Source of the DNA: the human T2T-CHM13v2.0 reference genome, Homo sapiens
Length of the DNA: 64,000 nucleotides
Assembly: GCF_009914755.1 (NCBI RefSeq)
Contig: NC_060926.1
Direction: 5' to 3' (one strand)
Every line of letters starts with the position of its first letter. The first letter of the stretch is position 1. Shown piece by piece: positions 38,636-53,241 of this stretch. The notes under the pieces are model-generated. The model did no database searches. It was given only the letters and a program-made list of their open reading frames with translations, and was not told where the DNA came from. The position numbers and the translations under genes were made by a program.

Positions 38636-38849
38636 ACTGCGGGCCCTAGCACTTTCAGGGAAAGGCCCTAGCACTTTCAGGGACCTTCATTAACCACCAA
38701 CCCCTGGCCTTTGTAGGGAATGCCAGAAAGCAGGGTCACCTCCAAAGTTGTAAGCTGGTTGTGTGGGGCCCAAGGTAGAAAGCAGAGCCCAGTGGTGTGT
38801 GGACATCCCCCCCACCAAGAGTATGAAGTGGAAAGATGCCACTCTCATA

Positions 38850-39145
38850 CCAGTGTATATAAGTCTGTGAGTAAGTATACATGAGTGTGCATATGTGAGT
38901 TTGTCTATCAGTGTGTAAGGGTATGAATGCGAGTGTGCATGACTTCGTGTGTCAGTGTTGTAAGAGTGTGATGGAGTATGAGTGTGTGATGTGACGGTGT
39001 TCGAGTGTGTGTCATTGTGTGTGCGCCTGAGAATATTTGAGCATGAGTGTGACTGTGAGAGTGTGTATCAGTATGGGTGAGTGTGTGCTAGTATAGATGG
39101 GCCTGTGACAGTGTGCTCAGTGTGTGATTGTGTGTTTGCGCGCGC
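38850..39145. repeat. Degenerate (GT)/(GAGTGT) low-complexity tract
   Basis: About 300 bp of imperfect TG repeats. Confidence 0.85.
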
Positions 39146-39679
39146 TCGAGCACGGCCCCGTGTCGTTGGGGTCGGCTTGCATTCCAGAGCAGCCAGCCAT
39201 GCCTCCCGAGGGTGACTCACAGAGCTCTCAGTTCAGTCCCGAAGGGCGGTGGGACAAACGGAGGGGAAGGTTCAAAGTAGGGTTCCGACCCTCAGGCTGC
39301 TGCAGAGCTCAGGTCCCTGACAGGAGGTCCCCCGCGGCGGCTGGGGTGCCGAGCCTGGCCATCTAGGCGGGCGCGGGGGCGGTGGCGCCGGCGCCGGAGG
39401 GGCAGGGCAGGCGGAGGCTGGAGCCGCTCCGCGCTGAGTGAGTCACCCCGCCGCCGGCCGGAGAATCCCTCGCGGGGACTCGGGAGGGGGCGGGGCGTGA
39501 AACCCCCGGTGCGGCCCCACGCCCAGCGCGCCTGTCCTCTCCTTGCCGCACCTCGCGGTGTCGCAGCCTCGGAAAGATGTAAACGTAGCTCTCGGCCGGC
39601 TGGCTTCCCGGCCTGGGCAGCGGCTTGAGCTCTGAGCACGTGACTGACCGGACCCTGGCACCAAGAAAAAAGCGCACAC

Positions 39680-40785
39680 ATCCAATGAAAACAATAATTT
39701 ATTTAAATAATCTCTTCATATTGTAAAATCAACATTAAGAGCATGTTGTTTTCATAATAAATAACCCCAAAATACCTTTCATTTCAACAACAAAGACTTT
39801 AGGATACGATAAAACAAATCCAAATCAGTAGCTTAATTTAACTGAAATGTTTTTAAAGGAAAAAATAAAAAGGAGGGGTTGCTGAGGTCACTGCTAAACT
39901 GCAGTTTTCACAACTGGGGGTTTACAAAAAAGTCTGAAAAGATGAGTATTTTTATACAAATAAATCAGTGGGAAAATCTGCACAGACACCTTTATTTACA
40001 AACTCTGTGTCCAAGTCCAGGCTAATAATCCTGAATAGGTTTTAAAAAAGATAATTTAAACACATTTTTGCAGTGTTCACATATTAAAAAATCATTTTTT
40101 CAACGTCAAAATGAGGTCATCCGCAAAGGCACCTAAACTTTTAAAAAAATAAAAAATAAAAAAACTCCACTGGTGATGGATGAGGAGAGAGCTGAGGGAG
40201 CGCTCCTGGGGGAGCGCGGTGGGGGTAAGATAAGGGATGGGGGCTCCGAGGGCTGGGAACTGCAGGAAGGAAAGAAGCGGCGGGGCCGCCCGGGTCAAGG
40301 GGCCACGTGGGGGAGGGCGGGCAGGCGGGACCGGGAGGTCAATAACTGCAGCGTCCGAGCTGAGCCCAGGGGAGCGGGCGAGGAGAAAGAAGCCTCAGAG
40401 CGCCCGGGAAGCCTCGCGCGCCTGGGAGGCTTCCATCTCCCGGGACCCAGCTCTCAGCCCGGGGCGAGGAAGGCGCCAGACAGGCTCACCCGGAGGGGAG
40501 GGAAGGCAAGTCCGAGGCGGGGCTCGAAACAGCCGAGACCCGGGGCTCAGGTCAGAAATGCGGCCTTTTAGGGAGGCCTTTGCCAAGCTGCTGTCCGGTT
40601 CCCCCGAGAGAGGGGCCCGTTTGGTGGCCCCGGGAGTGAGCAGGGCCTGAGACGGGCCACTGCAGGTCGCAGCCTGCAGGAGAGGTGGGTGGCGGCAGCG
40701 GGCCGGGAGGAGGGAACCCCGGCTCGGGGTAAGCAATGAGGATAAGTGGTCTCTGCTCTCAGTCTCTGGCGAGTTCTCCCTGGGG
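39680..40785 (-). other. DLX2: DLX2 3' UTR (end approximate)
   Basis: Minus-strand AATAAA at 39698-39703 and 39991-39996; AU-rich distal half. Confidence 0.7.
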
Positions 40786-41187
40786 TTAGAAAATCGTCCC
40801 CGCGCTCACCGGGGCGCCCCCGCCGCCGTGATGGTGGTGGTGGTGATGCGGCTGCGGGGTCTGAGTGGGGTGCAGCAGCGGCGCCGTGGCCTGCAGGTGT
40901 GAGGCGGATCCCGAGGTCTGGTGGTACCAGGGGTAGTTGCCCAGAAAAGCCGAGGCCGCGCTGCTCGGGCTGGAGCCCGAGCTGCCGGCGCCGCTGCCGC
41001 CACTGCCCGGACCACCGCCGCCCGCCATCCGCTGCGGCACACCAAAGTCCCAGGAGGCCGGCGCTGAGACTGGCGGCGAAGCACAAGGTGGAGAAGCGCT
41101 GGCCCCAGGGTGCTGCTCCGAGGGGATCTCACCACTTTTCCACATCTTCTTGAACTTGGACCGGCGGTTCTGGAACCAGATTTTGAC
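40786..41187 (-). CDS. DLX2: DLX2 exon 3 coding part (VKIWFQNRRSKFKK...HHHHHHHGGGGAPVSAGTIF*)
   Basis: caaag acceptor on the minus strand; WFQN helix 3; poly-His tract; 400+185+402 = 987 nt = 328 aa plus stop. Confidence 0.98.
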   Translation of the reverse strand, partial: VKIWFQNRRSKFKKMWKSGEIPSEQHPGASASPPCASPPVSAPASWDFGVPQRMAGGGGPGSGGSGAGSSGSSPSSAASAFLGNYPWYHQTSGSASHLQATAPLLHPTQTPQPHHHHHHHGGGGAPVSAGTIF

Positions 41188-41638
41188 CTTTGAGGAAAAA
41201 GACCTGAGCATTAGTGGAGGAACCTAGTCTTGGGGCAGTAGGGGTTCGAAGAGGAGAAAAAAGAAGGCAGAGAAAAACCGCTGGCTAGCGGTGGGCAGCG
41301 AGCGCCCTGGGGAGATAAGAGGATCACGGGCGGCGGCCTTCGAGGCTCTGCCGGTTCCTGCTCCCTGGGGAGGTAATTGCCAAAAGGCCAGGACTGCTGG
41401 TGTACGTGCACTGTGATGATGGTGACAGCGGGAGGGTGAGGAGGGCCAGTTATTTCACCCGCTTAATCAGTAGCGAGAGGTACGGGATTTCTGTCCACCC
41501 GGTCCCTTTCCTTCCCTCCCACGGCGGCCCCTTGGGGGTTTCCAGCTTTGGGCCTAGAAGCTTACTTAGGGCCGCTCGAGGCGCAGGCCTGGAAATCCTT
41601 AAAAGTACTTAAAATGAACTTTAAAAAGCATTGTCCTA

Positions 41639-42340
<702 letters not shown>

Positions 42341-42381
42341 CTAGACCGACTCGGCACTCTTGACTTCAGCGTTATGCATAC

Positions 42382-42781
42382 CAGGCTCGTTGTTGGCTGG
42401 GGACGAACTGGTTCCATAGGGAGCGTAGGAGGTGTAGGCGGCGGTGTAGCCCAGGTCATAGCTGCTCTTGGCGGAGTAAGGGACGTTGTTGAGGCCGCTG
42501 GCTTGGTACTGGTAGGAACCCATGTGCGCGTAGGGCGAGCCCCCGCCGCCGCCGCCGCCCGCCGGGTGCTGCTGGTTGGTGTAGTAGCTGCTGTCGGTGG
42601 CGGTGGACACCGGAAGGGTGGGCGACTCCTGGGGCTTGTGGAGGCTGCTGCTGCTGCTGCTGTTGCCACCCGGGCCGGCGCCGCCGCCGCTCGGGGGCTG
42701 CTGGTGCTGGTGGTACGTGCTGGAGGCGGCGATCTGGGTCGAGTGCATATCAGCCACTAGACTGTCAAAGACTCCAGTCAT
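42382..42781 (-). CDS. DLX2: DLX2 exon 1 (MTGVFDSLVADMHSTQ...; DLL_N motif QESPTLPVSTATDS)
   Basis: ORF 42341..42781; CTG|gtatgc donor; poly-Ser and poly-Gly tracts. Confidence 0.98.
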
Positions 42782-43159
42782 CCTGGCCCGAGACGGGAAA
42801 GAGCAGAGGTGGCGGGTGTGCGGGGGAAGCCAGGCGCCTCCTCTGTCTCTCCCGGTCCCCTCCAGCAGCCAATGTAATTACGGGGGTGGTGGTGGGGAAA
42901 CAAGAAAGGAGGCAACCGTCTAGGCGCCTCCTCCTCCGGGGGAGGCGATCACCGTGCGCTGCTCGGGACAGCTGCCTCTGGTCGCATCCTCTTTCGGCCT
43001 CTGGGCCCGCTCGGCTCCTTGCCCAGCGCGAGCGCGGGCTCTGGCGGGGGGCGGGCAGTGGAGGGGGCAGGGGTGGCTGGGCCGGGTCGGGGCTCTGGGA
43101 GGCGGGAGCAGGTGAGCGGCCCCGAGCGGCTTTACGATTGTCTGCCAGGCGGGCTCCTG

Positions 43160-43280
43160 AAGTGTGGGCATTTAACACTCGTCACGTGAGCGCTGGCGAC
43201 GTCACCTAGCAACAGCCAATCAGAAGCAAACGGCCGCGGAGCTCCGGGAACGCCCGGCCAAGGGGCGGGCGTCACATGGT
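43160..43280. promoter_or_regulatory. DLX2 promoter, probably bidirectional
   Basis: TATA-like TTAAAT (minus, 43170-43175), GTCACGTGA E-box, TGACGTC CRE, CCTAGCAAC X-box, CCAAT and a GC box within about 110 bp. Confidence 0.7.
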
Positions 43281-44265
43281 GGGCGCTGTGGCTGCGGCTG
43301 CGGCTGCAGCGGCCCCAGGTGCAAACAGACTGCCGCCGAATGTGAGCAGCGAGGCGAGGGGTCGAGGTAGCGAGGAGTCAGGGTGGCCCGCAGCAGGAAG
43401 ACAGAAGGCGTGGAGACAGACTGGCGTTTTGCCTCAGAGGAAGAAGTGGGGTCCCCTCTCCCATTCTGTGAGCAAGTGCCAGTTCCAGTGATTCGTACTT
43501 TCATGTCCGAGGTCAGTTTTCAAACACATTAAAGTACATCGGTGCCCAGAGTCCAGCCAGCTCTATCTTCACTTTTCCTCGAAGTGTCTGGCATTTATTC
43601 TTGTTAGCCACTCGGCACTTGACATAATCAATTGATTTAATTATCCACAAACCACGTGTAATGCTCGCTTCTTAACCAATCCGCAGGGATATTAGGACAA
43701 TTAATCATATAATATTGAAACGGGTTTTCCTTGTTGCTTCAAAGAGAAGCTACATAAACTTAAAGGTATTATTGCTAATAGTATATTTGAAACCACTTTC
43801 CCTGGTACTTTCCCGACACGCGAGACTCTGAGTAATTATATACGTTTGATAAGTAAATGACACCCTGAAAGCCATCCCGAGGACTTCCTCCTTCGGGTGG
43901 AAAGGTTCACCAGTTGTCCTTGAAAATTCGATGCTCTTGCGAAAAAGGAAATAGGATAATAGGTGAGATTATAGATTTATCAAGTAGATACTAGATTTAT
44001 CACTTCTCTGTAAATTTACAACAAATATAAAAAGTTTTATCTGGTTTGTTGAATTTAATCCTGTTTTACAGTTTTGCATTTTAGGACCCTGTTCTACCCT
44101 ATCATTGCAATTTTTTTCTTTTCCCTCTGTTTTTTAAAAAATCGGAAATGGTGACTTCCTCTGTCTCTATAACCTTGTAGTTGGAAACCTTGGCCCGACG
44201 GTGATGGACTGCACGACTTGCTGGACTCCCAAGTCCGAAGTTCCTGCGGCAGCGCTTGCTTTGTG

Positions 44266-44279
44266 GCGCCACCTGGTGG
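44266..44279 (-). promoter_or_regulatory. CTCF consensus site
   Basis: Minus strand reads CCACCAGGTGGCGC, a full match to the CTCF core CCASYAGRKGGCRS. Confidence 0.65.
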
Positions 44280-44765
44280 GCAGTGTGCGAGGTTGCGGGG
44301 GGCGGGGTAGACGGTCTAATCACGCCCAGGCGCCAGCCTCTGAAACCCCCCAAAAGAACAAAATAGTAATTAAAAGCCACAAAATTGTGCTAGTGCGCAC
44401 CATCTGAAGCACCCTTTCCTAAAGACATAACATGTCGCTGAAAGAACTTGTTAAAACAACTGTCTGATAGAAAACAAGTTGATACCTTCAAAAATATGAT
44501 CTTTGGTCTTCTTCCCCATAAAAAGCAAGTGTGTAATTAAAACTCCAGCATTCACACAGAGAAATAATGAGATAGGTAATGCGCCTTTAAGTCTACCTGG
44601 ATTTAGTTCCCAGCTTTTTTTTGGTTAAGGAAGGCCCCTAGATGGAAAGCGCCAGCTTATGAGAAACGTTGGAGGTGGAGCTCACCTCCACCCACCTGCA
44701 TTGCTTTATGCGGTTCTCTGCCTACTTTGTGGGCCTCAGCTGCAAAACCAACCTCTTGATATTGA

Positions 44766-45107
<342 letters not shown>

Positions 45108-45154
45108 TAGAAAAAAAATTCCCTGAAAAAGACAATTTTAAAAATCCAACCGCC

Positions 45155-45465
45155 TGCTGGGCACGGTGGCTCACACCTGTAATCCCAGCACTTTGGGAGG
45201 CCAAGGCGGGCAAATCACCTGAGGTCAGGAGTTCGAGACCAGCCTGGCCAACATAATGAAACCCCATCTCTATTAAAAATACAAAAATTAGCCAGGTTTG
45301 CTGGTGGGAGCCCGTAATCCAAGCTACTTGGGAGGCCGAGGCAGGAGATTCGCTTGAGCTGGCGAGGCAGAGGTTGCAGTGAGCCAAGATCATGACAAGA
45401 TCATGCCATTGCACTGCAGCCTGGGTGACAGAGCGAGACTCTGACTCAAAAAAAAAAAAAAAAAA
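45155..45465 (+). mobile_element. AluS
   Basis: Dimer with internal caagatcatg duplication; target-site duplication aaaaatccaacc. Confidence 0.93.
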
Positions 45466-47361
45466 TCCAACCACCATGTCTTCTTCTCTCTGTTCTTTGT
45501 TCCCACCCTAAATATGTTCTCCAGGCTTTTTCATGATGGCAAATTTGTTGTATTTTATTTATTCAGTAACTTCCATTAATTAGCAGCCCAAAGTCTAGAT
45601 CAGCTGGGATCTGGAAAATGGTTTCTTTCTGGAAGGAAATGACTGGAGCCCCACTTTATCTGTAAAACAAAGGATTGTGTACATGGGGGAAAGAGGGGGC
45701 AAAGAAGAGACCAGAGGCAATGAGCAAGCGGGGAGAGTGTGAGGGAGGGGGAAAGGGAGACAGAACGCACAACTGCATTTGGAGAATCAAGTAGAGACTT
45801 GAGGTATCAGTTCTGATAATTTGAACACAAGTCTGGGTTTAGCCAAATTATCTGATTACTGCACCACAATGTCCAAACGATTTGCTTACTTTGGTCTGAA
45901 GTCAGGGAAGCAGTGGCATAGGGAATTGACAGTTTTGTCTACAGTCAGAGTGACGCCCGTCTCCTTAGTGATCTGAGAGGAGTGAAGGGGAGGCTTAAAA
46001 CGAGTTTGGGAGAACACTGGTGCTTGAGGGCGGCCAGCTACCTCTTCTGCCCCAGGGCACTTTCTTTCCCCTTCTCTGTTTTCGGATTTCTCTGACTTCG
46101 GCATTCTTTTGCTCCGCAGGAACATAGAGAACGGTGGGGGTAAATAAGGGGAGCCTGAAGTTTCTGCTCTGTGCTTGCGTGTTCGAATCCCATCGCTGAG
46201 ACTTTCTTCTGCTTTGGATCGCTTGTCCCAGGCTGACGCCGCGCTGCGACGTCTCCCCTCGTAGGAGCCTAACGCCAACCCCTGCGCCAGGCAGGGATGG
46301 AATCATCATTCTCATTGTATAGATGGACACTGAGGCTCGAGAACGGAAACGACTTCTTTTGAGTTGGGTGCCTCTCCCCCCTTGCCAGGCAGCCGCCTTT
46401 CTCTGTTGCCATAGCACAAATCACAAGGGTATTTATGGTAAGCCTTAGTTGAACAGCTCCAGGTCTCCAGAAGACGGCGAGCTGGAGAGGACAAGTCTGC
46501 GCTTTGCTCTCAGACCCTTGCCCCACCGCTAGCCTGGGGCAGGATTCCAGCCTTCGCCTAGCCGGGCGCTTTGCTCTGCCGGGCTATTGGGCGTCCTCCG
46601 CTGCACAGAAAGCCAGCCCAGTTGGGTATTACTGGGGAGAGGATGCCTCCTGTCGGCAGGGAGCTAGGGTGGGCGCCCGGGTGCCCTCAGTGCGTGGCGG
46701 GGCCAGGCCCATTTTCACTCTCCTTCCTCACTCGGGGGATGGGAGGGCTGCATGCGCTGCTGCTCCTACTCCTCACAGTCTCGTCGAGGGTCCCGGAGAC
46801 GGGAGTTTCCGGGCCGCTGGTCCAAGAGGCAATGCCAGTTTCGGTACCTTTGTGTTTTCGTCCCCGAAGTAGTAGCTCTAGGAACCTGCGCTTTCGAATC
46901 CCTTTGGGGTTTGTCCTAAAACTCAAAGACGTTGGAAGAGGGCGGGGATTTGGTTATGAGAACCTCCCAGCTCAGCCTTTGCGACCAAACCCGCAGTGCT
47001 TTTGTTCTTACTTCATTGGCTAATTGCAGCTTCTTGGGACAACTCTGGCTGGGTCCTTTCGCATTGCTGGTCTCCTCAACCTGATTTTCCCTGCGACCCC
47101 TAAGGCAGCCTCGAGGGACTCCGGGAGCCATCAGCTCTCCGCAGCCCCTTGGGCCGGCAGGCAGACGCGACCCCTGACTCGGGATCTGCGTCCTGGGATT
47201 TCACATTTTTTCTTTTCCTGCATGGACCTGGCGAGAGGACACAATGGGATCACTCTTGGGGAGCTAAAACTCGGCCTGTGCAGGGAATGGGTGGGTCCTC
47301 TGGTCTCTGCTGCCACGGCTTCCCAGCTCAGAGGTTGTCTCGGGTTTCTACCATTTTAAAA

Positions 47362-47970
<609 letters not shown>

Positions 47971-48094
47971 CGCATCTTTGGCTCCACACTCCCTCCTGGC
48001 TCCCGAGCTTGAGAGTCTCAGTCAGCCATTCCTCTTCCACCTGCCTCCAGGCACTGTCCTCCAGCAGCGTGCAGTCTAGTGCAGAGAACGATTG

Positions 48095-48275
48095 CCCGCG
48101 TGTATTTACTGAGCGCCCAGCGTTCTGCCAAGCCCTTTACCTCAGACATCTCACTGACTCCTGGGAATCGCCCTGTAGGGTGGGTACAATATCACCCACA
48201 TTGAGGAAACCAAGGCCTAGAGCCAATCACATGGTTACCGACGCGCAGCAGAGTCCGACCTCGAACTCAGATCTG
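48095..48275 (-). mobile_element. MIR
   Basis: tatttactgagcgcc...gaggaaaccaaggc. Confidence 0.55.
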
Positions 48276-49226
48276 GGCCATGGAGGCAAGGCCGCTGTCG
48301 CTCTGGGCTGTTTCCCGCCAGGGGACGCGAGAGAAGGCGGCACCACACTTACTTCTCCCGGGCCTGGTGCTGCCAGCTCCGCGGAACAGATTGGAAGGGG
48401 CATTGGCCGTCCTGAGGGCGACCGCGCCCCTCTCTCCCCAAAGAGAGTCCTGGAAGGGAGGTTCCCCTGGGAGAGGAGGAGGCCCGCCCGGCTGCGCAGA
48501 GGGTAGCCCCGGGAAGATTCCTGAACAGACTCGAGCCTCTGCGGAGAGGGCGGGATGCGGGTGCCCCCTGGCTTGGCACGTGAAGCCAAGCTTGAGGACC
48601 TGATGTTTTGTTCCCGCTGGGATTCCGCCCCAAGTTATCTTTGCTCCCTGCTGGGGTGTAAGTAAACCCCAGGGGCTTGAACCGAAATCATCGGTTACTC
48701 GACGCTTCCAGCCGTGGCCTTTCCGCGGCGCTGGGCTTCTGGTGCTATCAGACCCAATTTCGCCTTTTGCCTTCCAGATCTAACAGACTCTAGTCAGGTC
48801 CATTTCACTTTATTGTCTGTTCAATGGTTAAAGCAAAGAGAGTGAGAGCTGGGGCCCTTGACCCAGGAGGGCGCCCTGTATGGGGCGAGGGGTCGCCCAG
48901 GCTCTGAGGCACACTGATCCGGTGGCCTAACTGTGGATCCCAGCGCACAGGCCCCATAGGCAGGCCACAGGTGGGTGAGCTTCCAAGGGCGAGAGAAACC
49001 CATTCCCCTTAGATGGTGAAAAGCTGCCACATTTTAGTGTCCAGGTCCTGAGAGCTGCAAATGCTGATGGAGTAAATTACTCCCTCTTCCTTTCCCCACC
49101 GCCCCTGCCCCCTCCAGGAACAAAAGCTCAGACCGCTGAGATGTTCACTCTGCACTTTCAGCAGCACTCACATTGAGATATGAGAAGACTGCAACAAGGT
49201 TTGTTCTTACGAAAGAAAACAATCTC

Positions 49227-49459
49227 AGAGAACACATGGACACAAGGAGGGGAACGGCACACACTGGGGCCTGTCAGGGGGCGGGGGTGGGGAGCAGGGT
49301 AGGGAAAAACAGCTAATGTATGCTGGGCTTAACACCTAGGTGATAGGTTGATAGGTGCAGCAAACCACCTTGGCACACCTTTACCTATGTAACAAACTTG
49401 CGCATCCTGCACATGTACCCCGGAACTTAAAATTTTAAAAAAAAGTAAAAAAAAAAAAA
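49227..49459 (+). mobile_element. L1PA 3' end (5'-truncated)
   Basis: aacacatggacaca...ggtgcagcaaaccac...acctatgtaacaaac...tgcacatgtacccc plus A tail. Confidence 0.9.
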
Positions 49460-49824
49460 TTTCCGAGGTTTCCCGCCCCTGAACTGAGGACCATTTGTGC
49501 CCGGCGTTCCGGGGGGACCGGGAGGGGGCTGTGCTTGGGGGGCGGCGGGGCGGGGGACTGGAAGCGAGGGGGTAAGTGTAGCAGGGAGGGGAACGTCGCC
49601 GGGGGGTCTTGGACCTCGGGTCTTCCGCGTGTCCGGTGTTGATTGGCTCCAGTTGTCAGGTTGAAACCACAACTCCTCCCCTAAGAGCTGCAGAGGTGAG
49701 CCCACGACGTGCCGGCCCTAGGTGTTCTCATCGTTGGGTTGTCAGTGCAGCATGCTTCTGGAACTTTCAGAGCCTCACAGGCCTTAGACCCTTTTCACTT
49801 TAGTGTCTATTCAGCGGTTAAAGC

Positions 49825-49827
<3 letters not shown>

Positions 49828-49863
<36 letters not shown>

Positions 49864-49875
49864 ACACACACACAC
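49828..49875. repeat. (CA)n microsatellite
   Basis: Direct reading. Confidence 0.95.
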
Positions 49876-50814
49876 CACCGCCACCACCATCACCACAACC
49901 AACAAACGGGAGAACTAGGAAGGAAAACTCTGGAACTTAGAAACTACCCTTGGACACAAAATTCCCTTCTCTTTCACAGAGTCTTTCTTTCCACTCTCTC
50001 ATTTTAGAACAAAAGGGTTGTGCCACCTCCTTTGGATGTGAAGAGGATGTGCTGAGACGTGTGCTCGGGAGCCAGACTTTGTGGCCTTGGGGAAAGGACT
50101 GAATATTTCTGTGCTTCGTCGTTTGCATCTGTGGAATGCAGGTGATACTGAGCTCTTCCTTGTGGGATTATTGCCTGGAAATACACCATTATAGGTTCAT
50201 CGCCGCCAGGTTTACCGCGACACTCGGCGTTCTCGGGCCTCAGCGGAATGGGTTTTAAACCGCGGAGGGAGGCCCAGGCGGAGAGGGTGTAGGCCCACTT
50301 TTCTCACTCGTGTCTAAGCAGGCCTTGTCCTGGCGGCAGCCAAGGTGAAGGCAGACGCTGTTTCCGGGATCCAGTGGACCAGGCCAGGCCAGGGGATTTG
50401 GGCGTGGGCCTCCGAGGCGGCAGTGGGTGGTCCAGGGGCATTGTGAAGCCGTCAGGCACTGTGGATGGGGAAGTGCAGGGCCCGCCTGCAGCACTGAAGT
50501 TTGGAAAGGCCAAATACTGCTCCTAACCCGTGCGGCAAGGACTGCCCCATTCAGTAAGCGGGGCAAAGTCCCGCCTTGACAAGCCTCTCTGTAGTTTCCC
50601 TGTGTGCTACACCTGGGCTGCTTCTGCTCGCTTCTTTGAAAATGGAGAGGGGAGCAGAGGGAAGAACCTTGCAGGTTATTCACAGGGAACTGACCCTAGG
50701 CAGTCATGTCAGATTGTTTGCATGTACTTGTGCACGCGTTTTCAAATGCATAAAACCCTATGCATGTTTCAAATGTGTAAACACGTAAGCATTTTTATTT
50801 GTATTTCTATTTCT

Positions 50815-50815
50815 T

Positions 50816-50858
<43 letters not shown>

Positions 50859-51149
50859 TTTTCTTTTGAGACGGAGTTTCCCTCTTGTTGCCCAGGCTGG
50901 AGTGCAGTGGTGCATCTTGGCTCACTGCGACCTCTGCCTTCCAGGTTCAAGTGATTCCCCTGCCTCAGCCTCCCGAGTAGCTGGAATTGCAGGCGCGTGC
51001 CACCATGCCCAGCTAATTTTTGTAGTTTTAGTAGAGATAGGGTTTCACCACGTTGGCCAGGCTGGTCTCCAACTCCTGACCTCAAGTGATCCGCCCGCCT
51101 CGGCCTCCCAAAGTGCTGGGATTATAGGTGTGAGCCACTGCGACTGGCT
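50815..51149 (-). mobile_element. AluS with (TTTA)n tail
   Basis: Reverse dimer; target-site duplication agcatttttattt. Confidence 0.94.
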
Positions 51150-51167
51150 AGCATTTTTATTTTTTAG

Positions 51168-51478
<311 letters not shown>

Positions 51479-51879
51479 GAAATCTTTTCTTTCTATGTCA
51501 GTCGTTACAGAGCAATCATTTTCTTCTTAAGGTGAATGTGTGAGGAAGGTATCATCATTTATTTGACTATCTTCTTTGCCTTGTCATCTAGATGATTTCC
51601 GATATTTACAAACAACACATGAGTGAATGTCTTCTGGAGAGCTTTGCCCACATGTTCAATTATATTTGTAAACTAGAATCCTAGTAACTGAATTGTATGT
51701 CAACATTTTAATAGCTACCACTAAGCTCCCCTTAAAAAACAAGCAATTTAAGCTCTATACTCATTTCTGAGCACTCTCACCAAGAATATTAGGAATCTTC
51801 AGTGTTTTTTGAATATGATAGGCTTAAAATAGTGCCATATTTTAACTTGCAAAGGCTTTACATTAGTAGAGTGTGTGTC

Positions 51880-52022
51880 TTTTTTATTTTATTTTATTTT
51901 AGAGAGGGATGCTCTGCTATATTTTGTCCAGGCTGATCTTGAACTCCTGGGCTCAAGTGATCCTCCTGCCTCAGCCTCCAGAGTAGTTGGGACTACAGGC
52001 ATGTGCCATCGCATGCTTGGCT
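51880..52022 (-). mobile_element. Alu monomer (FLAM-like) within an old L1M fragment (about 51490-52290)
   Basis: gaactcctgggctcaagtgatcctcctgcctcagcc. Confidence 0.75.
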
Positions 52023-52217
52023 TGTGTTTTTATATAGGCATTTTATTTTCTTCTGTGAATTGCCTATTTTTGTTCTCTGCCCATTTTTCTGTTTTTAAAA
52101 AATTGATTTACAGGAAATTATTACATATTTTGGAGATTAACTCATTATTGTGTTTATAGTCAATATTAATTCCAAGTTAATTGCTTCTCTTTTACTTTTG
52201 TTTATTCTCTTTTCTAG

Positions 52218-52765
<548 letters not shown>

Positions 52766-53156
52766 GAACAAAACTTCACTTAGACTACTGAAGGATAGTT
52801 GTGGAATGGACCAAGTGTTGTCTCTCAAATCTGATTTTTGGGGAATGCAGCTAAACTACTCCCTAGCCCCCTTTGCACTTATGTGTAACCATGTCATTCA
52901 ATCCAAGAGAATGGAACATAAGTGGAAGCCATGTGTGCCTCTCCCAGGACAGGACCTTTTAGGCAGAGTTGAGACTCCTCTCTGCTCTCTTTTTCCTTCC
53001 GCTGTCTGGAACCAGCTTCAACTATGAAGATGACATGGCCCTAGAGTCTCCTAGAGGCCCTAGGGGACTCACCGCCTAGGGGAATCTTCATCACTTGTTT
53101 GGAAGGTTATCTGACCAAGAAATAAACTTACATTTTAAGATACTGACTTTTGGGAT

Positions 53157-53241
53157 TATATATATACACACACACATATATATACACACATATATATATG
53201 TACACACACATATATATATCTATACACAAACATATATATAT
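53157..53241. repeat. Compound (TA)/(CA) microsatellite
   Basis: Direct reading. Confidence 0.9.

Noticed and set aside
40568-41227. Overlapping alternative-frame and antisense ORFs on DLX2 exon 3 (similarly on exon 1 and DLX1)
   Set aside because: Expected shadows of GC-rich coding sequence
53038-53085. Four CCTAG words within about 45 bp
   Set aside because: Irregular spacing inside probable decayed LTR-like sequence (about 52790-53150); no supportable function
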